A DNA stretch of 60,044 nucleotides, filler included. It is 4 parts of 4 records of this genome, joined end to end, with 100 filler letters (N's around TTAATTAATTAA, not from the genome) between each part and the next. Parts side by side here need not be neighbours in the genome. Positions count along the whole stretch, not along the records: positions 1 to 22,415 come from DRR723986_621; 3 more parts are not named here. One strand, given 5' to 3'. The notes beneath the pieces were generated by a model that worked only from the letters and a program-made list of their open reading frames with translations, had not been told where the DNA came from and searched no databases. Below, one piece after another: positions 1 to 8,698 of the stretch; within the stretch, counting starts at the first letter, position 1, and each line of letters opens with the position of its first letter. Made by a program: the position numbers and the translations under genes.

Positions 1-104
1 GATTGCTTTTCCCTCTTTACTGGTAGAAAACAAAGCAGAGCAAAAATTCCAAATACAATAAACACCCTAAACTTTATCTATTTATTGAACTGATACGTTC
101 CATC

Positions 105-146
105 TCGTAAATCGTAAATCGTAAATCCCAAATCCTAAATCCCAAA
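105..146. repeat. 7-nt tandem repeat, 6 units (TCGTAAA x3, TCCCAAA, TCCTAAA, TCCCAAA)
   Basis: Read directly; abuts the dacB stop codon at 147-149. Confidence 0.9.
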
Positions 147-1439
147 TCAAATCATATCTCTCAGCATCAGCATGACCTTCTCCATTTCCCTTCTCACTTC
201 AGAAGCTTTCCAAGGATAATTGGAATTCATAAAAGCAAAGCAAAAATAACGACCGCTTTTGCCTTTAATAAGTCCTACCAGACTGTGATTATTACTCATC
301 GTACCAGTCTTAGCAAAAACATAGGGCTGCTCAGCTTTGTAACTGTTTTCCAAGGTTCCTGCTTTTCCTCCAGCGGGTAGAAGTTCCAACAGCTGTTGGT
401 CAGGTAGCATTCTATAGATTTTTTCAAAAAGTGCCACCATGGTTCTGGGCGTGAAAAGATCATGACGGCTTAGCCCTGATCCATCTACCCATTGAGGTTG
501 ATCGGGAAGATCAAAGAGATAGGTTTTGAGCATGTATTCAATTGCCCTTTCTGTATCCAATCGCTGGAAAAGTCTATCCGAAACCATCAACATGAGTTGC
601 TCTGCAAGAAAATTATCACTTTCCAGCATCATTTCTTTTAGAATAGGGAAAAGAGCTGCCCCACGCAATTCCTGATGGATCAGGGGTAAACTATCCGGCT
701 GATAGATCCATTGTTTTCCAGTTGCATCAGAAGCGAGCTTCATTAATAGCTCAGGAGTGTAAATAAAAGGAATGAATTCCTCTCTAGCCCTGAAATTATT
801 AGGGTTATAGTAGAATTTATTACTGTGGAAGTCCCGCTCTAATTCCCGAATTGTGCGATTCGTAGGGAATACTTGCTGCTGAAAACTAGGAGGGAAGACG
901 GAAGGGGCATTGCCTACTTTTTTCACCTGAAGCAAATTTCCATAGATCGGCAAAGAACTTCGCTCCGCTGAGTAATTGTAATAATAATCATCCCATTGCC
1001 AGCCATAGCCAAAAGCAGGGGACATCATATTTGCATCAGAGAAGATGACCTTATCGAAGGGAGCTATAAGTCTGGCTATTCCGGGATCATCAAACTTTTT
1101 GTATTTCCAGCTTGGATCTCCCGAACCCCAAATCTTTATGGTATTCCCTTCAGTTACGTAGCGCAAAGTCTGAGTACTGTCATTCAGGATAATCAGTGAG
1201 GAAAATAAGGTAAAAAGTTTGGTGGTCGAAGCTGGGATAAAGCGTTGATGACTGTTTTTCTCATAAAGTACTACCTGCGAATCCAAATCGTACAGCATAA
1301 ATCCGCTGAGATGTCCATTGAAAAAACTGCCTTCTCCTAACGCTGATTCCAGTTTTAAGTACTGATCGCGGGTGAGCTGCGCAAAAAGGCTTGAATTGAA
1401 TGATACTATAAGGAGTATTAGAGTAAAGAGTTTACGCAT
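147..1439 (-). CDS. dacB: D-alanyl-D-alanine carboxypeptidase/endopeptidase (PBP4, peptidase S13)
   Basis: PASTTK (SxxK), SDN, KTGT and DGSGLS motifs; start moved to ATG 1439 (MRKLFTL signal peptide) because the longer ORF overlaps the DUF423 gene. Confidence 0.88.
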   Translation of the reverse strand: MRKLFTLILLIVSFNSSLFAQLTRDQYLKLESALGEGSFFNGHLSGFMLYDLDSQVVLYEKNSHQRFIPASTTKLFTLFSSLIILNDSTQTLRYVTEGNTIKIWGSGDPSWKYKKFDDPGIARLIAPFDKVIFSDANMMSPAFGYGWQWDDYYYNYSAERSSLPIYGNLLQVKKVGNAPSVFPPSFQQQVFPTNRTIRELERDFHSNKFYYNPNNFRAREEFIPFIYTPELLMKLASDATGKQWIYQPDSLPLIHQELRGAALFPILKEMMLESDNFLAEQLMLMVSDRLFQRLDTERAIEYMLKTYLFDLPDQPQWVDGSGLSRHDLFTPRTMVALFEKIYRMLPDQQLLELLPAGGKAGTLENSYKAEQPYVFAKTGTMSNNHSLVGLIKGKSGRYFCFAFMNSNYPWKASEVRREMEKVMLMLRDMI

Positions 1440-1441
1440 AC

Positions 1442-1819
1442 TTAGTTTTTTGAGGCGGCTACAACTACTAAAATCCACCCACCTATAAATGCAACACCAC
1501 CGAGTGGGGTAATTGCTCCTAGCCAGGTAATTCCAGTAAGAGAAAGAACATAAAGAGAACCTGAGAAAATCAAAATTCCCACAGCCATTAAGACAGCGGC
1601 TAAGCTTAGTTTCTTCCACTCAGGTTTTACCAGAGCTAGTATGCCAATCAAAAAAATAGCGAGCGAGTGATAGAAGTGATATTTCACTGCTGTTTCAAAA
1701 GTTTCAGTTCTCCCGGTTTCAGCCAGAATTTCTTTCAGCCCATGTGCGCCAAAAGCTCCTATTCCCACAGCTAGCATCCCGAAAATAGCTCCTGTTTGTA
1801 TAATTTGTTTTCCTGTCAT
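1442..1819 (-). CDS. DUF423 (YgdD/TMEM256) membrane protein
   Basis: GAFGAHGL, FSGSLY and GAITPLGG family motifs. Confidence 0.9.
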   Translation of the reverse strand: MTGKQIIQTGAIFGMLAVGIGAFGAHGLKEILAETGRTETFETAVKYHFYHSLAIFLIGILALVKPEWKKLSLAAVLMAVGILIFSGSLYVLSLTGITWLGAITPLGGVAFIGGWILVVVAASKN

Positions 1820-1824
1820 TCTAA

Positions 1825-1864
1825 TTCTTCAAATTCTAAATTCAATGTTCATTATTCGAAATTA
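1825..1864. repeat. Degenerate 7-nt periodic repeat (TTC at 1834, 1841, 1848, 1855)
   Basis: Read directly, just upstream of the DUF423 start. Confidence 0.6.
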
Positions 1865-2080
1865 AAGCATTACAAGCAAGAATAGAGCATTCCTGACGCA
1901 TTTAGAATTAATTACTAAGTCTAGATAAGGTATTTACTGCGTTTATTGATCAACAGATTACTTTAGAGATTTCAAGATTTCTTTGAGACCTATTATTTGG
2001 ATTATGAATATCCGCTTTTCTACCAATAAGGTGGGAAAAGCTAGGTAGGATATGTTAAACTTTAGAATTGAGGCCGCTTC

Positions 2081-2134
2081 AGCCTGTCCCGTTAGTGCGG
2101 GAGTCTTAGGACACCTGCCCTGAGCGTAGCCGAA
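2081..2134. repeat. REP-like short palindromes (AGCCTGTCCCG-N6-CGGGA; CCTGCCCTGAGCGTAGCCGAAG)
   Basis: GC-rich motifs in AT-rich intergenic DNA; the first recurs at 17289-17312. Confidence 0.6.
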
Positions 2135-2365
2135 GTTTCGGTCTTCAAACCTGAAAAGAAAAGAATCTAAGGTGACTTGGATGATTGCAGTTAATTAAAA
2201 TTAGGATAAATTCTGTTGAATTATGCCACAAAAAGTTTCTTTAAAATCGGGTAAATTGTCGTTGGCCATAGTTTATGCTAGTGAATTAGATTGTTAAATT
2301 TTATCTAAAATCTTTGAGTTTTTTGCTGATGTCATAAAAAAACAAAGAATATAAGGTTAAATGTT

Positions 2366-2373
2366 TAAGTTTG
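2366..2373 (+). promoter_or_regulatory. Bacteroidota -7 promoter element (TAAGTTTG) for wza-wzc
   Basis: Exact TAnnTTTG consensus ending 35 nt before ATG 2409. Confidence 0.6.
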
Positions 2374-2408
2374 CGCAGTTTTTGAGACAAAAAATTAAAA
2401 ATCTATAT

Positions 2409-3218
2409 ATGAAGAAATTCTTAAAGGGGTTATCCTATTCCCTGCTTTTTTTCATGGCCTTTGGCTGTATTTCAAATGAGAAAATCATTTATCTTCAAAA
2501 CCAGGAAGGGAACACTGTAATTGAAGATGGAGAGTTGATTACCTATGAAATTCCCGATTACAAGCTTCAGTATAACGATATTATAGATGTTAATATCCAA
2601 ACAGTGGATGATTTGCTTCAATTTGGTTTTAATAATAAGCCCCCTCAGATGAATCAGCAAATGGGCAACGTCTCTGCACAAAGCGGTGGCGATATCTATT
2701 ATATGACTGGTTATTCTGTGGATCAAAAAGGGAATATCCGACTTCCTGTTGTTGGAGATATTCAGGTCAAGGATAAAACATTAGAAGAGGCCAGGATAGT
2801 AATTGAGGAGAGCATGCGGACATTTGTCAAAAGTGAACTTTACGTTAAAGTTAAATTGGGAGGTGTACGATATTCAGCATTGGGCGAATTTAGACGTCCG
2901 GGTAAATTCACCGTACTTCAGGACAGAATGACCATTTTTGAAGCGATTGCCAATGCTGGCGATTTGACAACTGTCGCTAAAAGAGATGAGATTTTATTGA
3001 TTAGACAGTATCCCGAAGGGACTAGGTTGCATAGGATTAATCTATTGGATAGGCAAATTGTGGCTTCTCCATTTTATTTTATTCAGCCAAATGATCAGCT
3101 CTATGTAGAGCCGATGAAAGTGCGAGAAACTGGTACGGGTGAAAATACAGCCCAAACCTTAGCTTTAGTATTTGCAGGTATTTCTTCTGTAGCCCTAATC
3201 TTAAATTTACTCAAATAA
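2409..3218 (+). CDS. wza: Polysaccharide export lipoprotein (Wza/OPX, SLBB domain)
   Basis: Lipobox AFGC, Poly_export motif VDQKGNIRLPVVG, SLBB motif TIFEAIANAGDL; directly upstream of wzc. Confidence 0.9.
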   Translation: MKKFLKGLSYSLLFFMAFGCISNEKIIYLQNQEGNTVIEDGELITYEIPDYKLQYNDIIDVNIQTVDDLLQFGFNNKPPQMNQQMGNVSAQSGGDIYYMTGYSVDQKGNIRLPVVGDIQVKDKTLEEARIVIEESMRTFVKSELYVKVKLGGVRYSALGEFRRPGKFTVLQDRMTIFEAIANAGDLTTVAKRDEILLIRQYPEGTRLHRINLLDRQIVASPFYFIQPNDQLYVEPMKVRETGTGENTAQTLALVFAGISSVALILNLLK

Positions 3219-3224
3219 GTATAT

Positions 3225-5678
3225 ATGTACCCGAATACCCCAAATCCTTCCAATTCTGGGCAAAATCCTTTTATGGTACAAAAAGAGGATGAAATTGATT
3301 TAAAAGTACTTTTATTCAATTACCTGCAATATTGGGTGTTGATAGTAGCCTGTATGTTTATAGGTGTACTGGGAGCCTTTCTTTTTAATAGATATGCTAC
3401 CAATATTTTTAAAGTGGAGTCCAGCATACTTGTGGAGGATGAAGAGCCTGCCTTGGGTATGGATTTATTTGAATCCTCAGGTTTAGGAATGCTTGGAGGC
3501 AAGAGTAATATTGAAAATGAAATCGGAATTCTGAAGTCATTTTCCTTGGCAGAAGAGGCAGTATCAGAGCTTAACCTCAATGTTCGGTATTATGAGGAGG
3601 GATTTGTGACTACAACCCAAATTTATGGAAAATTACCAATTTTGGTTACTGTGGATTGGAAGCAGCCACAACTAGTAGGAGGCAGATTTAGATTGGAGGT
3701 AATCAATGAGGATTCCTTTGAACTCTCCGTTGAAAATGATGAGTTTAAAATCTATTACCCCCATGATCCTTATTATAAAGAATTATTAGAAGATCCTGTT
3801 TCTTTAGAGAAATCTGTTTTCACCTTTGGTGAGGAGATACAAGGAGAATATTTTTCATTTACAGTTAACCAGATAGCGGCCCTTCCAGGTGATATTATTC
3901 AATTTAATTTAGTAGATACACCTTCCCTTGCTCTATTTTACAGAGAGGAGTTAGCTGTAACCCCTATTAATAAGCAAGCTTCTATTCTTTCTTTAAGCTT
4001 AGAGACTCCAGTTAGACGATTAGGCGAGGATTACATCAATAAGTTGATGGAAATGTACTTGGCGCGGGAGTTAAATGAAAAGAATAAAGCTTCGGAAAAC
4101 ACCGTAAAATTTATTGATGAGCAACTTTCTGGAATTTCTGATTCTCTGAGGTATTCAGAAAATAAGCTTCAGAAATATAGGACAGAAAATAAGGTTTTTA
4201 ATCTTTCCGAAGAAGGCTCTGTGATTTTTGAGAGAATGCAGGAGTTGGAGAAGCAAAAGGGGCAAACAGAACTAAGTTTAAAATACTATAATACCCTTAG
4301 GGATTATTTAGTCACCAATCAAACAGGTGATATGGTCGCTCCATCTGTAATGGGAGTAACTGATCCCTTATTAAATTCTCTGGTTCAAGCTTATAGTGAA
4401 TTACAGGCAGAGCAGAATCGATTATCTGCAAATTTCACTGAATTAAATCCTACTGTAAGAGAAAATACCACCAGAATTCAAAATATTAAAAAACAGCTTC
4501 AGGAAAATGTTAACTCTGCAATTAGCAATACAGAGAATACCATTGCTGATCTAAATAGTCAGATTCGTATGTTGGAAGTAGATGTGAACTCCCTTCCTGA
4601 AACAGAACGAAATCTAATAGGAATTCAACGACAGTTTACAATAAACGAGAATATTTACATTTACCTTCTTGAAAAGAAGGCTGAGGCAGAAATTACTAAA
4701 GCGGCTAATATGCCCAAGAATAGTATATTAGATTATGCTAAATCAGGACAAGAACCTGTTGCTCCAAAGCGTTCTCTTAATTTGCTGATTGGATTGATTT
4801 TAGGACTAATTCTTCCAATAGGCTTTATTACAATTAAGGACTTTTTAAATACTAAGATTGAGGATCCTAAGGAATTGGAAAATCAAATAAAGGTACCTTT
4901 GATAGGGATGATCGGGAGAAATAGTTCTGAGGATAACATTCCTGTAATGAATAATCCTAGATCAACTGTTACAGAGTCTTTCCGTTCCTTAAGGGCAGAT
5001 ATGTCCTATTTAAGTCCGCATAGAGATAATTTGACAATTCTATTCACCTCATCGATCTCAGGAGAGGGGAAAACCTTTGTATCTATAAATGTGGCTTCAG
5101 TATATGCCTTAATGGGCAAGAAGACTTTATTAATTGGTTTGGATCTTAGAAAACCAAAAATTGCTGAGGATTTTGGATTGGCAAATGATAAAGGGATGAG
5201 TACTTGTCTAAGCTCTGATATATCTTGGAGAGATGTAGTCAAATCCACTGGTCATAAGGATATGGATGTAATCTTATCCGGACCTATACCACCAAACCCA
5301 GCAGAATTGTTGCTTCAGGATAAGTTTGGGGAAATAATCAAGGAAATTAAAGCCCAGTATGATGTAGTTATTTTTGACTGTCCTCCTGTTGGGCTAGTTT
5401 CGGAAACTAAAGAACTGTTTGGCTTTGCTGATATTAGTTTCTACGTGTTCCGTCAAGGCTACTCAATGAAAGGAAATACCCAGATTTTGAATAATCTAGT
5501 AGAAAAAGGAGGGGTCTCAAAGATTTATGGCATCTTGAATGATGTGCATATTGATAAGGGCTACGGTTATGGATATGGTTATGGCTATGGCTATGGCTAT
5601 GGCTATGGAAATAATTCCTATGGATACCATGAAGAGGTTCAGCTTCCTTGGTGGAAGCGGGCATTGAGAAGGAAGTAG
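3225..5678 (+). CDS. wzc: Polysaccharide co-polymerase / tyrosine autokinase
   Basis: Two TM segments, Walker A SGEGKT, DLRKP, FDCPP and a C-terminal GY cluster. Confidence 0.95.
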   Translation: MYPNTPNPSNSGQNPFMVQKEDEIDLKVLLFNYLQYWVLIVACMFIGVLGAFLFNRYATNIFKVESSILVEDEEPALGMDLFESSGLGMLGGKSNIENEIGILKSFSLAEEAVSELNLNVRYYEEGFVTTTQIYGKLPILVTVDWKQPQLVGGRFRLEVINEDSFELSVENDEFKIYYPHDPYYKELLEDPVSLEKSVFTFGEEIQGEYFSFTVNQIAALPGDIIQFNLVDTPSLALFYREELAVTPINKQASILSLSLETPVRRLGEDYINKLMEMYLARELNEKNKASENTVKFIDEQLSGISDSLRYSENKLQKYRTENKVFNLSEEGSVIFERMQELEKQKGQTELSLKYYNTLRDYLVTNQTGDMVAPSVMGVTDPLLNSLVQAYSELQAEQNRLSANFTELNPTVRENTTRIQNIKKQLQENVNSAISNTENTIADLNSQIRMLEVDVNSLPETERNLIGIQRQFTINENIYIYLLEKKAEAEITKAANMPKNSILDYAKSGQEPVAPKRSLNLLIGLILGLILPIGFITIKDFLNTKIEDPKELENQIKVPLIGMIGRNSSEDNIPVMNNPRSTVTESFRSLRADMSYLSPHRDNLTILFTSSISGEGKTFVSINVASVYALMGKKTLLIGLDLRKPKIAEDFGLANDKGMSTCLSSDISWRDVVKSTGHKDMDVILSGPIPPNPAELLLQDKFGEIIKEIKAQYDVVIFDCPPVGLVSETKELFGFADISFYVFRQGYSMKGNTQILNNLVEKGGVSKIYGILNDVHIDKGYGYGYGYGYGYGYGYGNNSYGYHEEVQLPWWKRALRRK

Positions 5679-5700
5679 CCCTAATTCAAAATATTATCTA

Positions 5701-5732
5701 AAAATCGCAGACCAAAGCCTGCGATTTTTTTT
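5701..5732 (+). terminator. Rho-independent terminator after wzc
   Basis: AAAATCGCAG-loop-CTGCGATTTT stem followed by a T tract. Confidence 0.8.
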
Positions 5733-5744
5733 ACTTTTAACGAA

Positions 5745-6038
5745 TTCAAGTTGTCCTGGTTCAAGTTGTCCTTCTTCTCCAGAAGCAGGACTTTTATATA
5801 ACTAAAAGAAAGCCGAAACCTTAATTATCCCCCAACCTTAAATCTAGACCCTTCGCCCAACTTCATCATTCTTCATTCGATTTTCTTCATTAAAACTTCC
5901 ACCAAGGTCTGTGTCCTCACAGACTATTATCCTTATCGGTTAGGAGATGCCATAGCGGATATACGGTTTTTAAATGTAGTCTTAGCTGTTAAGAAAATTG
6001 GCTATCTCGCGAAGGATTGAGCGAGATCCGCCAATTTT
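5745..6038. repeat. Cluster of REP-like hairpins left of the IS110
   Basis: GTCCTTCTTCTCCAGAAGCAGGAC 5768-5791, GGTCTGTG-TCCT-CACAGACT 5906-5925, long hairpin 5994-6038. Confidence 0.65.
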
Positions 6039-6300
6039 TATTCAAAGACAATTCTCAAAAATCAAATCGGTCCACAGCCATTCAACCTTTCTACTCTTTT
6101 TTCCTATTCGAAGTATAGGCTCGGGCCAAGGCTTTTGGATACTTTTAGTCTCAAAAGTTTTAGAGAAATAAACTTGCTCTTTTGCATTCATCAGAATTGA
6201 GAAATTGCGTTGAATAAATTTCTTTATCGTAGGTCACCTAACCGTTTCCATCTTTTGCCTGCCCGTATTCTAAGGTTAAAGCAAGAAGAACTTCAGTTTA

Positions 6301-7296
6301 TTATGCAGCATATCTTAAGGTATCCACATAATTGGAATTTCTGTTGACAACAGCAAAAGCCCTAGCCAGAAGTTTGTTTCTTATGATGTTAAGCGTACCC
6401 ATTTTGCTTTTTCCTTCACCGATCCTCTTCTGGTAGTAATTCTTCATTTCTGTACTGTGTTGAATAGCTGTGCCTGCACACAGGGTCAAAAGTGTTTTAA
6501 TCCTCTTATTTGCCAACTTACTCGTTTTCGTCCTTCCGTTAAATATACCAGACTGGTTTGGGAACGGTGCTGTTCCTGCGTAACTGGCAAACTTCCTCCA
6601 GTTACTGAACAACGTAAAACCCTTCGTCAAAACGATAAGAGCAAGAGCAGTTTGCGGCCCTATACCTTTAACAGAGTTAATCAGCTTATATTGATTCAGC
6701 AAAAGTTCTTCTTTATGTAAATGTTTATCTATTTCCCTTTCAACTGTTTCGATCTGCTTGTCCAAGCAAGCGATCACTGTGGCATGGGATTTTTGATAGA
6801 CTTTTAATTTGTTCTTGGAGACGATAGTTTCATATTCATTGAGGCGAGTTGTGAATGCCGCTCTATCTTTTACAAGCCGCTCTCTGTAATTAAAGAGCTT
6901 TTTTAAATCTTGAATGGTCTGGGATGGAAGAACAGTGGGTATAATCTTCTCTTGCTTTTCGTAGAGATATTCAGCTATATCCTTTGAATCTGCCTTATCT
7001 GACTTGCCTCTTCTTATCCCTAAGGATCGCTTTAATTCCAGTCCTGAGATAATATGAAATGGGAGTGATTGCTTCTCGAAAAACAAAGCAAGTTCTGAAG
7101 AATAAATTCCTGTAGATTCGAACCCGAAAAGCAATTCTTCAGCGAGAACCAATCCGGAATTATCCATAACCCATTCCACCAGCTCCTGATAACCCTGTTC
7201 ATTATTATCGAAGATAGCATGGCATTGGTTGATTTTCAGATAAGCATCAAGGGTAGATTTACTTACATCGATTCCGATAAGTGATTTGAATTTCAT
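6301..7296 (-). CDS. IS110-family transposase/recombinase
   Basis: DEDD RuvC-like residues (GIDVSK, FESTG, KSDKAD), Transposase_20 motif SVKGIGPQTA, and QSG serine. Confidence 0.95.
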   Translation of the reverse strand: MKFKSLIGIDVSKSTLDAYLKINQCHAIFDNNEQGYQELVEWVMDNSGLVLAEELLFGFESTGIYSSELALFFEKQSLPFHIISGLELKRSLGIRRGKSDKADSKDIAEYLYEKQEKIIPTVLPSQTIQDLKKLFNYRERLVKDRAAFTTRLNEYETIVSKNKLKVYQKSHATVIACLDKQIETVEREIDKHLHKEELLLNQYKLINSVKGIGPQTALALIVLTKGFTLFSNWRKFASYAGTAPFPNQSGIFNGRTKTSKLANKRIKTLLTLCAGTAIQHSTEMKNYYQKRIGEGKSKMGTLNIIRNKLLARAFAVVNRNSNYVDTLRYAA

Positions 7297-7321
7297 AATT
7301 TAGATGTTGTAGTTTAACAAA

Positions 7322-7505
7322 TGAGAGTTGCGGAAACTAAAACCTTTACAAGGCCTTAAAGCCTAAAATTCTAACTGGTTATTGGCAACTCAATAAAGAA
7401 TGGGGACTGATACGGGCAAGAGGCCACTAACCTACGCCGTGGTAAAGTTCACCCCATTCTTTTTTAATTTATTGAATATCTGAGTCACTTATAAATCAGA
7501 AGTAT
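7322..7505 (-). ncRNA. Putative IS110 bridge RNA (5' hairpin, target-binding loop, donor-binding loop)
   Basis: Stems 7479-7483/7496-7500; 7395-7405/7452-7462 with inner 7421-7423/7431-7433; 7325-7331/7385-7391 with inner 7351-7354/7361-7364. Loop segments match flanks and element ends. Confidence 0.78.
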
Positions 7506-7594
7506 CTTAAACCAAAATTTCCTTAATAATTACTATCTGTAAACCTAAAGGCCGCGGCGGGGCTCCGGGCTTTCGTCTCCGCATGAGGATTCCG

Positions 7595-8048
7595 GGCCAG
7601 CGCTGCTGGGCGAAAATATTCGAATAAAGCCTAGGGTTGAAACTAGGCTATTGAAAAGCGGAGCCAAATCCTGGCCAATTTGTCGACGTTTTTATGAGGC
7701 TTCTTCCTGCTCCTGTTGTCCTGCTTCTCCAGAAGATGGACAGGATCTCCTAGTTGGTGCAAGTCTTCTTGACTTGTACCTATGTCAATGCAGTCTTCAG
7801 ACTGTCAAACAACAAACTTAATTATTTCCAATCCTGAATCCATATCATAGGATTTGCAATCCAACATGTATTTTTATTATCATCTTATGCCATAGTCCAA
7901 TTAATTTCTCGTTTCCATCTTGCTGGCACTGGAGCCTGGTTTCCAACTAATGTTCTTAGGCCAGCGCTGTTGAATTAAATAATTCTAAACCCAGGGTTGC
8001 GTCGTGCCTCCTTACCCTGGGCTAAAATATTGCCGCCCCATTCAGGGC
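7595..8048. repeat. Cluster of REP-like hairpins right of the IS110
   Basis: GTCCTGCTTCTCCAGAAGATGGAC 7718-7741, GGTGCAAGTC-TTCTT-GACTTGTACC 7756-7780, CAGTC-TTCA-GACTG 7791-7804, CCCAGGG...CCCTGGG 7990-8021, GCCCCATTCAGGGC 8035-8048. Confidence 0.65.
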
Positions 8049-8427
8049 TATTTCTCAGAATCAAAATGCGCAACTGATCTATCGTTTTTATGGTACTTTT
8101 CCATAATTGCATATATCACCGAGGTAGGGGCAAATCAACATTCGTCCGATTTAGAAAACGATGATTTAACCTCTACGAAGGTTATTTTGTGTGTCGGGAG
8201 AAAATGACAAGTTCCGCACCATTATCTATTCATACACATAATGGGGGCCATCTCCACAGTAAATACCTGAAAAAAGTTCAGTAAACCAAGCTCATATAGT
8301 ATGGCTACCTTTTTGATAAGTTGTGATTTCTTGCAAATAGTCTGACACTTCAAAATACAGTATTTTGTATATAAAAATACTGTTGAAAATTAGGATGAAA
8401 AATGAGTACAAAAACTACTCACTTCTG

Positions 8428-8435
8428 TATATTTG
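8428..8435 (+). promoter_or_regulatory. Bacteroidota -7 promoter element (TATATTTG) upstream of the manC operon
   Basis: Exact TAnnTTTG consensus; implies a leader of about 255 nt. Confidence 0.5.
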
Positions 8436-8698
8436 CAATCAAAATGGCTTAAAAAAGTACTCAAAATTTTAATTTTGGTATTATTTGATTCGATTTTTTT
8501 AAAATTCTGTAATTGAATTGCTTTAAGGGAACTTCTAGTGATTCGGCTGCTAAGAACTATTATCGGGTGACATATAAAGTTATATAGCTTTATTATTAGT
8601 TCAATAATGGGACTGAAAGGGCGAAGCTGTGAGAATTTTATGGGATAATATTCATTATCAACTTATTAATACATTCTAATTAATCAAAGTTTTATTTA

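Larger units (their letters stand above)
6268..7551 (-). mobile_element. IS110-family insertion sequence (long non-coding left end, short right end)
   Basis: Intact transposase; ends inferred (+/-2 nt) from matches between the non-coding-end loops and both junctions. Confidence 0.8.

Noticed and set aside
8004-8207. 67-aa ORF upstream of manC
   Set aside because: Starts inside REP-like hairpins and has no recognisable motif
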